Below, piece after piece: positions 37,912 to 52,029 of a stretch of 64,000 bases of DNA. The notes beneath the pieces are model-generated. The model was given only the letters and a program-made list of their open reading frames with translations, was not told the origin of the DNA and made no database searches. The translations under genes were made by a program, and so were the position numbers. The stretch spans positions 173,414,001 through 173,478,000 of the forward strand of contig OZ024741.1 of assembly GCA_964016885.1 (NCBI GenBank), read 5' to 3'. The DNA comes from Eledone cirrhosa. Lineage: Eukaryota. The first letter of the stretch is position 1, and each line of letters starts with the position of its first letter.

Positions 37912-38110
37912 ATAATTGTTTCTACTTTTGGCACAAGGCCAGCAATTACCCCAGTGCATTACTGGTACTTTATTTTATCGACCCCCGTAAGGATAAAAGG
38001 CAAAGTTAACCTCAGTTGGATTTGAACTCAGACCGTAAAGGGGCGTAACTCTATGCTGCAAAGCATGGCGTCCGACCCTCTGCCGAGGGTCAGATACTGC
38101 CAATCCACCA
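37912..38110 (-). mobile_element. SINE family A
   Basis: Reverse copy with head, core and tail. Confidence 0.85.
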
Positions 38111-38305
38111 TCATTTTGTTACTCTTGATTTTCAATATGATGTCACTGACACTGTTTATAATATTTTATCTTAATGAATGTTCTAAAGACTAGCAATGTA
38201 ATTACTTGTGTAAGCTCCGATGATTACAGACAATTATCTGGAAGGAATGATCAGCAGCAATTAAATGTATTAAGCAAAAATTTGATAGTTTTATATTTTG
38301 TATTT

Positions 38306-38349
<44 letters not shown>

Positions 38350-38668
38350 TAAAATATATATATATTGTTATATTTGGGGAGGGTCATATTGTTGTATATT
38401 ATTGCCAGAAATAATAACAGAACACACTCATTGTTTGGTTGGTTTTCGCTTCTGTATCTTTTATATCTCCATAGTTAATTTATTTGGCCATCAATGTTTA
38501 TCACTGACTAACCAACAGTTAAAAATACAGATATAAATATATTTATATAGTCTAACAAAGTTCTTTCATTGCACATCTGCAACATCATCAGTGGTACTAT
38601 TATCATGTTCCCTTCTATTGTGTTGTGTTTACACCATTTTTATTTTATTTATTTATTTATTTATTTAT

Positions 38669-38705
<37 letters not shown>

Positions 38706-40619
38706 ATATACACACATACATACATACATACATGTCCCCCCAATTACAGATTGTTATACAATTCAGAGCTTTTGTTGCTCTAATCAACACATATTCAGAC
38801 AGTCTTTGTAAATGACAATTACGTTATCTACCCAAGATCAAGAGATGATGACATGTATAACTCAGTGAATAGTTGTCATTTATGTCTATCTAATCAATAA
38901 GCTTGCTCCAGTCAAAGAACCATCTTAGTTATAGTTGAAATAAAATAATGTCATTTATTTGGTATTTCTATATATCCTTCAGCCAATTAAAGCATCGGAT
39001 CAGTTTTGATGGCTTTTTATCATTTGATTATACCATTAAATGGTGACGTGACTCTCGTTTTGCTTTCCCCACTAGTGACAAGTTAATACTCTTTTAATGA
39101 TTGTTAACAAAGTTTGCAAATAAAATTCCATTTTCTTCAATATCTCACCCCTTTTTCTTGTAAAATGGTGTCTCATGAAAAGGAGTTTAAACATATTATC
39201 TTATCTAAACTATTCTCACATTTTTATTATTGCATCACAAACTTGAAAGTGTATTGTGTAATAATAATAAATAGTAGCAAGTGGTTTTCAGTACCAGTGT
39301 GGTATTTGTAACAAATACCATGGCCAAATGGCTAAGAAGTTTAACTTGAAAATGAAGAGACCCTGACTTTGAACCTAAAAGATTGTACATTACCCCGGGC
39401 TGCAGAAAACTATGTGAGCAAAATTAGGTAGACAGAATCTGTCTGGAAGACAAATGGATAGACTTAGCTGTAATTCAAATGGTCAGTCTTGTCACACATA
39501 ATGCAACACTGATTTCACTTCAGTATGTTTCTAACTCTTTTATTATCATATTTCAATTGTCCAAGAGAAACATTACTACAAAGATACTACTGGTGCTTGA
39601 GAGTCTACAAAGGACAAGGACTGAGCCCTTTTTTCCACACCTAGCAAAATAATATCTTAGAAGCAATATTTTTTCTTGTATGGACCTGTAACTACTGATG
39701 GAATAACAGGGGAACCGTTATGACATACAGTGTGTCTTGGGAATTTTTAAAAACCTGTTGGAGCCTATTCTCCTCTCCACATCTTAACAGTGAATGAAGG
39801 AGAAGAGATAACTTAGAAAGAGGCACAGAAGAAGAATCAACCCCAGTACTGGACTGCTACTATTTTTTATTGACCTCAGAAGGATGAAACTCAAAATTGA
39901 CCATGACAGGATTTGAACTCAAGCTAAAAAGGCTGCAAATTGGTAGACTTGTTAGAGTGTTTGATCAAACGCCATGCAGAATTTGTTCTAGCTCTATGCA
40001 TTCTGATTGCAAATCAACTTTGCTTTCCATCCTTCCAGGATTGATAAATGAAATATCACTCCAGAGTGGTGGATTGGAAGGATTGTTAGAGCATCAGATC
40101 TGATGATTTGCAGTAGTTTTCAACCTTTTGCCTTCTCAGTTCACTTGCACCATCATTAGTGCCAAGCTCTAGTGGCCATTGCCTTTCCTTTTGAAAATAT
40201 TGGTGACATGGAGAGGGAGGATTGGCACGCATTGAGGGCAGCTGGTCTCTCACACATAAAAAAGGTAACTTGCTCAAGTAACTTGCTCAGGTAACTTGTG
40301 CCTTATATGGGAACCTTCGAGAAATGGATCTATGATCTAATGAGACACTGAGACAATTGGAAGCCCTGGATAAGATAGATGGGAATACAAAACAAACTAT
40401 TTTTTTAGTATAAAAAAAAAAAGAACTATAATACCTGATAGCTGCCATAAAACTCACTAACTAATTGTGTTCGCTCTGTGATGCAACAAGCAGCCTACCA
40501 GCTTCACACTTATTATTTCATTGAGCATGTGAACTATGACTGGGGGGTCATTAAAATATATTTGGTGACTTCTGTAATCTATCTATCTATCTATTAATCT
40601 CTCTATCTCTCTCTCTCTC

Positions 40620-40733
<114 letters not shown>

Positions 40734-41049
40734 CACACAATAATAATAACAATGATAATAATTGTTTCTACTTTAGGCACAAGGCCAGCAATTTTGGGGG
40801 AGAGGAAAGTTGATTAAATCGACCCCGGTGCATTACTGGTGCTTTATTTTATCAACCCCATAAGGATTGAAAGGCAAAGCTAAAGAAATACGGTATGTTT
40901 ATAAATAAACATTCTGAAAGCCATAGCTATGAATATAACACTGGCAGTCAACGCCACTGAGCGGTGTTCGGCAGAAGCATGGGGGACAACCAGCAATGCA
41001 TTTCGAACTTAAATGGTTCTTGTCAGGACAGTCTTTCCCGCTCTTGCTA

Positions 41050-41240
41050 ATAATTGTTTCTACTTTTGGCACAAGGCCATCAATTACCCAGTACATTACT
41101 GGTACTTTATTTTATCGAACCCGTAAGGATGAAAAGCAAAGTTAATCTTGGCGGGATTTGAACTCAGACCATAAAGGGCCGTAACTCTTTGCTGCAAATC
41201 ATGGCGTCCGACCCTCTACCGATACTGCCAATCCACCGCC
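41050..41240 (-). mobile_element. SINE family A
   Basis: Reverse full copy. A partial copy also lies at ~40758-40880. Confidence 0.88.
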
Positions 41241-41243
41241 CTT

Positions 41244-41245
<2 letters not shown>

Positions 41246-41285
<40 letters not shown>

Positions 41286-43610
41286 CTTTCTTTATTAACC
41301 ACAAGGGTTTACACAAAGTAAGACATTAAGGACAATACAGGATGGTACAAATGGGCATTTATGCTTTTAAAACACAAAAACAGAAGATGTAACAAAAAAA
41401 GAAACAATGAAAAATTCCCCAATAGGGGGAGACTTCCGAGGGACATTCGTGGAGAAAGCCCATTAAAAAAGCCATGGTGACCCTGACCAATTCTCCCAAT
41501 TTTCCACCTTCAATTTACAGGCACATACTCAGAGGAGGCCCATTCACTCGGGCCATTCTTCCCTCTCTCACCCATCTTTCAACAAAATGCTGGGAAGAGA
41601 GCGCTTCCCTCTCTACTCTGATTTTCCTTTTCAAATGAAATTTGAAAAAATTAAACAGGGCATCACCGAAGAGGTAAGTGTTCGTCTTCAGCCCTTTCAA
41701 ATGCGTCTACCATACTATCTCTTTCGCCATGGCCTCCAGACAGATGGAAACTGCCTGCCCTTCCCGGCTAAAGGAAGTCGGCGGGGCAATCCTCACAATG
41801 GACTCAGCTGATAGCCAGATCCGTCCTACATGCGACAGCACGTGTTCAACATAAACCCACAAGTCAGCAATGTTCGGACACTGGACGAGTGCGTGCAGGA
41901 AGGTTTCGTCACCCTGCGTGCATCTCGGACATGCCCAGCTGACAGTACTTCCATGCCTGTAGAGTTTATCCAGAACTAGCAAAGCTCCTCGATAGCACTG
42001 CCAGGCTAAGAATTTGTCTATAGGCCCTGGCTCGAACGTTCTTCTGAAGAGATTGGCTAGTTGATTTACATCGATACCTAGAGTTTCCCCGTTCTCTTCC
42101 CCTCCACTAATCCTCTATAGAATGCCAAGGTGGAGTTTCCACCCATCACATTGCCCGACTGGTCAAGGGCTGGGAGCACCTGAGACATTCCAGTCTCCAA
42201 GCGCTCCCTCTCGGTCTTCGCTTGACCCACGACTGCAGCTCCGGCAAGGAGACGAGCTGGGGAAAGACATGTCTAGCAAACAGCGACCACATCTGATGAC
42301 CGTCGAGAAAGAGGTGGAGATGTTGTAGCCTGAGCGTGTGTCTGCGCATCATCAGCCATGGCATGCCCAGCCATCCACGTAGCGGGTGTTGGCAGCAGAT
42401 GGACCGCCTAAGTGGACTCAGTCGATAACCGGATCAGTCCTACACGCGACATCAACTGTTAGACATAGCTCCACAAGTCAGCAATGCTCGGGCACTGAAC
42501 GAGTGCGTGCATGACGGTTTCGTCGCTCTGCGCGCATCTCGAACAGGCTAGGCTGACGGCACTTCCGTACCTGTAGAGGTTATCTCGAACCGGCAAAGCT
42601 CCCCGTTAGCACTGCCAGGCCAGGGATTTCTGGAAGTTATCCTTAGGCCCTGGGCTGAAAGTTCTCCGGAAGAGAGCAAACAGCTGATCTTCTTCGACGC
42701 CCAGGATCTCTGTCATCGCTCTTCCCCTCCACTAGTCCTCTATAGAACGCTGACGTGGATGTTCCGCCGATACTGGTGCCTAGCTGGAAGAGGGCAGTGA
42801 GCACCTGGAGACATTCCAGTTTCCAAGCGCTATCCCTCGGTCATTTCCTGACCCAGGACTGCAGTTCCGTCAAGGAGATGAGCTGTGGGAAAACGTGCCT
42901 GGCGAACGGCGACCACACCTGTTCACTGTCAAGGAAGCACCAGAGATGTCGCAGCCTCAGCGCATGTTTGCGCATCATCAGCCATGGCATGCCCAGTCCT
43001 CCACGCAACGGGTGTTGACAGCAGATGGATCGTCTGACCAAGGGAGCGTGTCCCTTCCACAAAAAGTGGAAGAGTAGTCGCTCCATTTTGGTGAGAGTTG
43101 GGCCAGGGCAAGGGACGACGGTGAGGCGGTAGCAGATGACGGATGCGATGTACGCATTCACCACCTCCGCCCGGCCTTTCAGAGATAATAATAATAATGA
43201 TGATTTCTTTATTGGCCACAAGGGCTGACATCAAGAAAAGCATTACAGACGGCACAGGGCGGTACAGGACGGTACGATGTGGGTTTTGTTCGTGTAAAGA
43301 TTTTTATTATTATATAAGAAACAAAAAAAAAGACATAGAAACATATATATATATATATATATAAACAATAAAAATGAAAATTCAAACAATGAAAAATTCC
43401 CCAATAGGGGGGAAACCTCCAAGGGTTACTCGTGGCGAAAACCACACAAGGGCAAGTGCCTTCTCTCAATTTTTTCCCATTCCTCAAACTACAAGCGTAT
43501 ATTCAGAGTGGTCCCATTCACTCGGACCATTCTCGCTACATTCACCCACCTTTCAACAAACTTGCTAGAAGACAGCACTTGCCTCTCCACCCTGATTTTC
43601 CTCTTGTATA
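41246..43610 (-). mobile_element. Cluster of three Tx1-like LINE 3' fragments in the same orientation
   Basis: Minus ORFs include LSLKGRAEVVN, GGLGMP, CPRCTQGDETFLHALVQCP (zf-RVT) and FKFHLKRKIRVERE. 3' ends with aataaagaaa and an (ATT)n tail lie at ~41246-41300 and ~43186-43225. Confidence 0.85.
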
Positions 43611-45152
43611 TTTCGTTGAGTGCTCTATTCTGCATACAATAGTGTTGGTTGATTAACTATCACATATCTTACCATACATGTGTGCATGTGTGTTTGTGTC
43701 TGTGTGTATGTGTGTATGTGTGTGTGTGTCTGTCTGTCTGTCTGTGTGTCTGTGTGTCTGTGTAGTCATCCTGGTGCCATGACAAAAAGTAGCCTGACCC
43801 CCTTGTAAGATGTTAGTACTGATGCAACGAGAAGAGCTCCCAATATGCACTGCAAAATGATTGGCATTAGGAAGGGTATCCAGTTGTAGAAAACCTGTTA
43901 AGCTTCATAACGTAACGTCCCATTTGCCCCCTGGAAAATAGACATTGAATGATGATGGTAATCATGATGATATATATAAGTGGTGTATGTAAACTGAAGT
44001 ATATTCAACCAAGTGTTGACATCACAACTGTAATGTTAGCTCACCATGTTCTTGCCTCTTCACAGTCTTTATGTATGGAAATATATTGATTTCTGGTTTA
44101 GACACAAAGCCACTTACACTAAAGAATTGGGAAACGGGATGTGAGCAGGGATTAACACTGCTTTCTGTATAATACATTAATGGGTTAATTCCTTTGGTGC
44201 AGATAGATAAATTTGAACATTCGTGTTTATTGCTCACCAAAACAGCTGGATAAATTGAATACGTGAAACATTGCCTTGCAGTAGTTTTCAGAACAAAACA
44301 AAATAAAATGAAGCTAACTGGCTTATACTATTTTAATGTAAATCTGTTTAGTGCAATGTGTTTAGAAAACACGTCACATCACACAAGGCGTGCCAAGAAG
44401 AATAATCTCACCTTCTCTAAACTCTAAATCAGATAACTTATTTGTAAAACTTTTCACCATTCCATGACTGCCTCCAGTTACATGCATATAACCATTTTTC
44501 CTTTCTTTATTTCTCACTCCATCTTTATTTTATTTTCTTTGTATTTATTTGGTAATTATTATTTTTTAAAATTTGGTTCTGGGTTGTCAGGAACGGAAAA
44601 AAAAACATTATATATTTATTTAGAATTAAATTAAAAAGATCTATTCATTATAAAAGAATTCATTAAATTGGTCAATTTCATTAAACTCGTAGGCATAGAG
44701 TCCGATTTATTACTGAGAAAAAGATTCAACTTTGTTGAACTTTTGTGAGGTGGAGGGGAAAGAATTTTATAGTAATTTGGAAACTCAAACTATAGAAAGA
44801 ATACAAAACACAACTAAAATCTGAAAGACATTTCATGTTCATCTCATCTACCATCATCACCATATCATCTTTCAATTAATTGATTTATCACGAGACAGTG
44901 GTTGATTTCTATTTGTAAGCATGGATGGCTGATTGGTTAAGAAGCTTGCTTCACAATCATAAGGTCTCAGATCCGATTCTATTGTGTCACATCTTAGACA
45001 AGAGTCATTTACCATAGCCTCTGCTTGACTCAAGCTTTGTGAGTGATATTGGGGAGACAGAAACTGTTTAGAAGCACATCAGATGGACTATACCTGTAAC
45101 ACAAAGTGCTAGCCTTGTCACAGTGTCATATTGAAATTCACTGAGAATTACA

Positions 45153-45366
45153 TTAACCCTTTAGCATTTACATTACTCTATATTTACTATTATATTTTCA
45201 TGGTAAACGCTTTATATCACATTGTTATCACACATCTACAAGATTTTGTTGTTATTTATTTGGAAAACAATACCTTAACATAAGTATGAGCAGCTGGTTA
45301 CAGCCAGTTTGAACAGAAAGAGGTGATAAAATTCTGGCCAGATACAGCCAGTTTAAATGCTAAGGG
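45153..45366 (+). mobile_element. piggyBac-type MITE
   Basis: TTAA-CCCTTTAGCATTTA ... TAAATGCTAAGGG; same family as 15147-15671. Confidence 0.75.
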
Positions 45367-45854
45367 TACACATGTCTGTAGAATACTAAGCCATTTAGAC
45401 AATTTAATGAGAAAACTCTTCCATTGATTTAACAACCGAAGTACTCATCATTAAAATTAATGGAGGTCCTTGTATCTTATTGATAAGAATTGTAAATACC
45501 TTATAGCAGTCATTAATTTCATCTGTCTGAAGTCTGAGTTCATATCCAAGTATGGTTAACTTTTTATTTTTATCCCTCCCAGGCATGTAAAATAACTAAT
45601 AGGCAAGTTTGACTACAGCAGATTCAATAAACTGTTTTCTTCTATTGCAAATTGGGTTGAGATGAGAAATTATTATAAAAGCAGTCTGTTGTTAAAAAAA
45701 TATATATTGTGTATGTGTGTGTGTGTGTGTGTAAGCATTGGAAAGATTGCTGCAGAGCCTTGCTATATATATATATAACGAAAGAAATGTGGTAAGGAAC
45801 CAGGTGGACCATAACGCACCAAAGTACTCAATACTTAGGGTAGTAGAGTGGGTA

Positions 45855-45999
45855 ATAGGAACCAGTAAGACCCCGACGGCTGAGCTCAAGCCGTTTCGAC
45901 GGCTAATTCTGGACTAAATTTAGTCTACATTTAGACTACATTTAGTCCAGAATTAGCCGTCGAAACGGCTTGAACTCAGCCGTCGGGTTCTTACTGGTT

Positions 46000-46004
<5 letters not shown>
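45855..46004. repeat. Near-perfect 150-bp palindrome
   Basis: ataggaaccagtaagaccccgacggctgag... / ...ctcagccgtcgggttcttactggttcctat. Confidence 0.9.
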
Positions 46005-46088
<84 letters not shown>

Positions 46089-46349
46089 TCATCATCATCA
46101 TCATCATCATCATTTTCGTTTAACGTCCATCTTCCACGCTAGCATGGGTATATATATATAACCCATGCAAGTATGGAAAAGTGGACCTAAAACCGATGCT
46201 GATGATATATATAACAAATTTAATAGAGAAATGGCTTCTACAGGACTAGAATTGTTTACACTCTACTAATGTATTGAGTACCTTACTTACTGTGGTTATC
46301 CCCAATTGAATCCAGGACTCACATGTATATATTTATATATATATATATA

Positions 46350-46696
46350 ATACACCCTGACCCCACTACCCCCACCCCATCCACACCACTCCTTCCAATG
46401 TAAAGTTATGTTGGTACAACAACATCCAGTCCGAAACAAATGAGGTCGTGTAGGTGTCACGACAAAAAAAACACACAGTCCACGCTGTAAGGTGGCCGTG
46501 TAGGTAACACGGTAAAAACCTCCCAGTCCACACTGTAAACGTGGTTGGTGTTAGGAAGGGCATCCAGCCGTAAAAAACCCGCCAGACAGTCCTATACGAG
46601 CAGGACAACAAATCTTGCCTCAAGTGGGAAAATTCCCGTCCAAACCCATGCTAGCGTGGAAGATGGACGTTAAACGATGATGATGATGATGATGAT
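46350..46696 (+). mobile_element. RTE 3' UTR/tail copy
   Basis: Closely matches the reverse complement of 32269-32620 and ends in (GAT)n. Confidence 0.85.
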
Positions 46697-46880
46697 ATAT
46701 TAGTGGATGTAGAGGGTCTACCACAAACTTGGCAGATTCAGCAAGTTACCTCTTCTGGTAACTAGCTGAAACCACCGAACTCATGGCAGATCCTCTACTT
46801 CCCCTAATATATGCAAGAAGAAGAAGAAGAAGAAGAAGAAATCGTGTGTTGAAAGAGATATTATTATATTATATTATATC

Positions 46881-47272
46881 AGTGGATTGGCAGTATCGGT
46901 AGAGGGTCGGACGCCATGCTTTGAGGGATAGAATTACGGCCTTTTATGATCTGAGTTCAAATCCTGTCGACCTTAACTTTGCCTTTCACCCTTACGGGGT
47001 CGATAAAATAAAGTACCAGTAATGCACTGGGATAATTGGTGGCCTTGTGCCAAAAGTAGAAACAATTATATTATATTATAAGGGCGGTGGGTTGGCAGTA
47101 TTGGTAGAGGGTCGGACGTCATGCTTTGCAACACAGTTACGTCCCTTTACGGACTGAGTTCAAATCCCGCCGAGGTTAACTTTGCCTTTCATCCTTACGG
47201 GGTTGATAAAATAAAGTACCAGTAATACACTGGGATAATTGGTGGCCTTGTGCCAAAAAGTAGAAACAATTA
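46881..47272 (+). mobile_element. Two tandem SINE family A copies
   Basis: Copies at ~46881-47070 and ~47082-47272, separated by (ATTAT)n. Confidence 0.9.
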
Positions 47273-47439
47273 TATTTGGGGATGGTCATTTTGTCAATTT
47301 TTCCAATAAAATCACATGCACTATTAAATTTGCACTTTAGCCTTATCATTAATTATTAGTTAGTTCATCAAAGCTCTTTCGTCACACATTCTGTGTTCTC
47401 CTCAATGTCTCCTCTTTTTCTTTTTTCTTTTTTTTTTTG

Positions 47440-47470
<31 letters not shown>

Positions 47471-48690
47471 GGGGGGGTTCTTAATTCAATTACTCCATCT
47501 TGTCATTCTGCAGTACGTTTTCTTGTCTGTGCATGCATTTTCAACTGTGTCTGTGTATGTGCCTATGTGTTTGGCATGTGTATGTTTGTGCGTGTGCACG
47601 CTTGTGGATTTATATATTGCACACTTTGTATCTGTGTGTTACTCCTATACTGTCTTTAGTTGTTAGGTTGTAAACTGGGTGAGTTACTAACAGATTAAGA
47701 CCAAAACGAAAAGGACACACAGAGAAGAAGAACAAATGTTATTGAGGAGGTCACAGAAAGTGTGATGAAAGAGCTTTGATGAACTAATCTAAACTTTAAT
47801 AAAGTAAGGAGTGTGGGACTCTATCCAGAATATATTTTTTTATCCTGTTTGTAAAATAAGTTGGATTACTTTGAATAAATAATGAATGAATATTACATAA
47901 TTTATCTACTAAATTTTGTTATTCTTGATTAAATATAAATAATTTTGTTGCTTATTTTAAGATTCACTTCTTTAACATTTTCAAATGTCAACACTTCTGG
48001 TTAAGGATCGCTTAAATAAACATTCATATATTTCTGTCACTAATTTTCTCCTAATGCAGTTTATATATAATATCGTCTTTTTTTAATGTATCATGGATTA
48101 CGTTACTGATTACATAAGACAGTGTAACACAGTCTCTCTTCAATTTCTGTGTATATTGTCAATTACGATTATATTTGATGTATCATATCTACATGCATAT
48201 ATACTTGCGTATAATAGCAATATGCACACTACACATGCTAGCAGAAAACCACCCGAGGGGTGGTTTTTCTGCTAGTAACTAATAATAAATCTGAAGCGAA
48301 AACTGAATAATGCATGTATTTTTATTTGCAAAATTGGCAAAATATATATGTCTCAGTCCTTGGTGTCCTTTTACATCACGGACCACAGGCCTCAAGCACC
48401 AGGACTGAGCGAAGTCTGATTTTCTGCCTTGGGACCAGTTTCCCCAATGGACTCCTTAATCTTATACACATACACTTGTGCTTACTTCTCTACCCCTTGT
48501 CACTGTCACCTTTACCCCATCCATTGTCACACATGCGTGCGTACATTCATCCCCTAGGTTCCTATGGCTCTGTTATGGTCAGAAACATAGGTTCTTACAG
48601 TTTATACGGACCAACAAAAAACACACACACACACCTCTGGATTTACCTTCACAGCTCTGTACACACACAGACACACACACTTCATAAACT

Positions 48691-49330
48691 ACAGCTTCAT
48701 AAACTACAGTGGGTGTGTTGCATTGCTGTTGAAGGGGACAAGCTTCAGGCTTTCAGCAAGAGCTCTTAGGGCTGTAGGTGCACCCCACCTTAGAGCAGCA
48801 CCCCACCAGGGTGCTCTTGCTGAAAGCTTGAAGCTTGTCCCCTTCAACAGCAATGCAACACACCCGCTGTAGTTTATGAAGCTGTGGTCCCTCAAGGACT
48901 CAAGTATAGACTACTCCATTCAATGGAAAGCCATCACTAAGTTCAAGCCATACGCAAGGGGCAATTTGTCTTGTGGACTATAAGAAAATTACGCAATAGC
49001 GAATGCTTAAACTCAAGAAATGAAATCTTCACACGTTGTCCACATGTCTGGAAACACCTCTTACATAACTACAAAGCTCCGGATTGAATAACAACAACAT
49101 CCTAACTTTTCTTATCAACTAGAACTACTTTTCGGACTTTCGCAGTTATCTCCCTTACACCTTTCGCACGTGGTTTTGTATTGCTTGGGTGAAGTGACCG
49201 TTTCTGTGCATGCGCGTTCATATGGTTGTCCTTCCTATTCCGTATAACCATGACCATTACGATCTGAGGATCCGCTAAGGTGAAACAATTGTTCTCGGTA
49301 TGGTGAACTAACTGTTGTGTTACCACTTCT
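48691..49330 (+). mobile_element. Penelope-like element 3' fragment with an inverted 5' duplication
   Basis: Homologous to 31010-31730 (EACPLQQQCNTPAVVYEAV, WKAITK, LNSRNEIFTRCPH). 48691-48763 is an inverted copy of 48813-48885. Confidence 0.85.
49259..49298 (+). ncRNA. Minimal type I hammerhead ribozyme, weakened stem I (Penelope-borne)
   Basis: acgat-CTGAGGA-tcc gctaa ggt-GAAA-caattg-TT-ctcgg; paralog of 31042-31081. Confidence 0.65.
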
Positions 49331-49336
49331 CTCCCC

Positions 49337-49416
<80 letters not shown>

Positions 49417-49560
49417 GGTAGGTGTGTAACTATAGTTACAGGTCGCTTGCCAGTCAGAGCACTCAATGCAGTTCCAAAGGTCCATCACATGTAGGGTTAA
49501 TACTTCCATGTAGCTAAGGGCTAAGGACAGCTGTAATCTGCAGAGTGTAAATAAAAGAAA

Positions 49561-49751
49561 ATAATTGTTTCTACTTTAGGCACAAGGCCAGCAATTACCC
49601 AGTACATTACTGGTACTTTATTTTATCGACCCCGTAAGGATGAAAGGCAAAGTTAACCTCGGCGGGATTTGAACTCAGACTGTAAAGGGACGTAACTATG
49701 CTAGAAAGCATGGCGTCCAACCCTCTACCGATACTGCCAATTCACTGCCCT
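49561..49751 (-). mobile_element. SINE family A with target-site duplication
   Basis: taaataaaagaaaataat on both sides. Confidence 0.9.
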
Positions 49752-50626
49752 AAATAAAAGAAAATAATGCATATATGAAAGGATTCCATGACCTCTTTCA
49801 GCAGTTTGAATGAGTTCTGCACATATAACCCTGCATATTTGATGAGCTGTCAATGCAGAACTGGGCCTCGGTCATCATGATTACACTTTGAGCTGATTGT
49901 TATCAAAATAATTGTCATATATGAATAAATTTTATATATGATCTTCTTTTTATCGTGTCCACAAGAGTGTCAGCTACAAAGCTTGGCTAGATGTGGTTCC
50001 GCCACAGCTGAACACATTGCTGTCTTTTTTAATTAAACTCTGCCAAGTCCAATGCTGTGCAGGGGTGTTCCAGCAGGGGGCATATCAGGAGGTGTTGCAT
50101 AGTCTGTAGTTCGATGCTGCAGTCACACACAACGTCCCCATCCTTTAAATATCCCCATTTTGCCAGAATGGCTTATATATTATACAACTTTGAGACTTAA
50201 TTATCTAGGGAGTAAGGAAGCTGTGTCAATCTATTCAATAAGCTTCGTTCAAATATTATATCTATATATATTAGAATATGGGTTTAAAACATCATAGTAT
50301 TTAAAACATTTAAACATCAACTGAATGAGGACTCAATAGTGGTGGGTGGAGTGTAGAAGTTTAGTTTCTAAGTATAAAAGTTCCAGTGATTTTGAAGTTT
50401 CAGTTTAGTTGCTTCATATATATATATACATTCATACACACACATATACACAGGCACAGACACACGCCAACACACATACACACTCACACAAATATATATA
50501 CAATCCTATCAGAGCAAGGCATGATGTAGCCAATCCTGACCATACTTGTCTCTCAACACAGACGATTCGTCTGACCCATGCAAGCATGGAAAAATGGGTG
50601 TTAAATTATGATGATGATGATGGTGA

Positions 50627-50672
<46 letters not shown>

Positions 50673-50955
50673 GAATAATCGAGTATCGAAAAATCGGCGC
50701 ACGAGTTCACGATAAACAAAATTCGAGATGAGCGGCAGAGGGCTCTATAATTCAAATAAATTAGAGCTATAACTATCGTTAAATACCGTCACACGTAGAA
50801 TATGTCTACAATCAACCAAATAACCGATAAGTTCGATATGGAAGATTCGGGACACTCAGATAAATTATCAATAAATCAATAAATGAAATGAATGTAAAAT
50901 GCATAAAAGAGATGAAATCGAAAATGCAACTGGAGTCTTATATATTTGTTTGGTT

Positions 50956-50993
50956 CCTTTACCGGTTTCGCAGTTCTTCTGCTTTTCAAAAGG
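50956..50993 (-). ncRNA. Mirror copy of the U3-A8 hammerhead
   Basis: Exact reverse complement of 51177-51214. Confidence 0.7.
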
Positions 50994-51176
50994 TGAGTTG
51001 AGATGGAGGGTCTGTGGTTTTTCTCACATCTGGTTGGTCTCTGAATGTTACTTGTTTTATATGGAAAAAGTGGCTCGAAAAACCTGGCATTTCGAGCCAC
51101 TTTTTCCATATAAAACAAGTAACATTCAGAGACCAACCAGATGTGAGAAAAACCACAGACCCTCCATCTCAACTCA

Positions 51177-51214
51177 CCTTTTGAAAAGCAGAAGAACTGC
51201 GAAACCGGTAAAGG
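51177..51214 (+). ncRNA. Minimal type I hammerhead ribozyme, U3-A8 core variant
   Basis: cctt-TTGAAAA-gcag aagaa ctgc-GAAA-ccgg-TA-aagg. Stems I and II are perfect and stem III is palindromic. Confidence 0.7.
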
Positions 51215-51338
51215 AACCAAACAAATATATATATTTAAAAAAAAAATAAGACTCCAGTTGCATTTTCGATTTCATCTCTTTTTCTTTCACTCGTGTAGGA
51301 CACCTCGGTTATTTTTCATTTTGTAAAAAAAACCTCAC

Positions 51339-51377
<39 letters not shown>

Positions 51378-52029
51378 CACATATAAGGTTGGATATTATG
51401 ATGATGATGTATGTGTGTGTTTGTTTGTGTGTGTGTGTGTAAGAGAGAGAGAGGGGGAGCATATGTAAAAATACATACATACATACATGCTAATATATAT
51501 GTATGCATATACAGGCACGCATTCAAGTATTTGCTGATAAAAAAAATTCCATTACAAACCGAAATATTTGCTCTAAATTTTGAAATTATAAATGAAATTA
51601 GAAGATAATAGAATTAATTCTGAAAAGTAAAATACTTTTTTATTTCAATTTTAAATTTCCAAATCAAATTTTCTTGGAAAAAAACAAAACATGATTTCCG
51701 TGTTTCTTTGTAAATTGTTCAAAGACATTTTGTTCAAATGTAATCTTAAGTTAAAGTTTACATAAATTTAAAGAAAGGGTGAAAAGTAATGCATTTTTCA
51801 GGAATATAATAACAGTTGACTATAGAATAAAAACTACCATATTCATCACTTGCAATTGAGTACAACTTAGTAGTATATACTATGCTTTTACTAACAGTTT
51901 TAGGTACCCATGCAATTGAAAGCAGAAACAGAAATCTTCTCAACTCTCTCTCCTTTCATCAAGGATGAGACAGCTTGAAGGAGAGAGAGAGCTACACCAG
52001 CACTGGATTAGTACTTTATATATATATAT

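Larger units (their letters stand above)
50905..51282. repeat. ~380-bp fold-back palindrome carrying a hammerhead motif in each arm
   Basis: Arms 50905-51080 and 51090-51282 around a 9-nt spacer aacctggca. The right arm has a short AT insertion. Confidence 0.92.

Noticed and set aside
50876-51249. Two near-identical ORFs on opposite strands
   Set aside because: This is an artefact of the palindrome; no protein family is recognisable.
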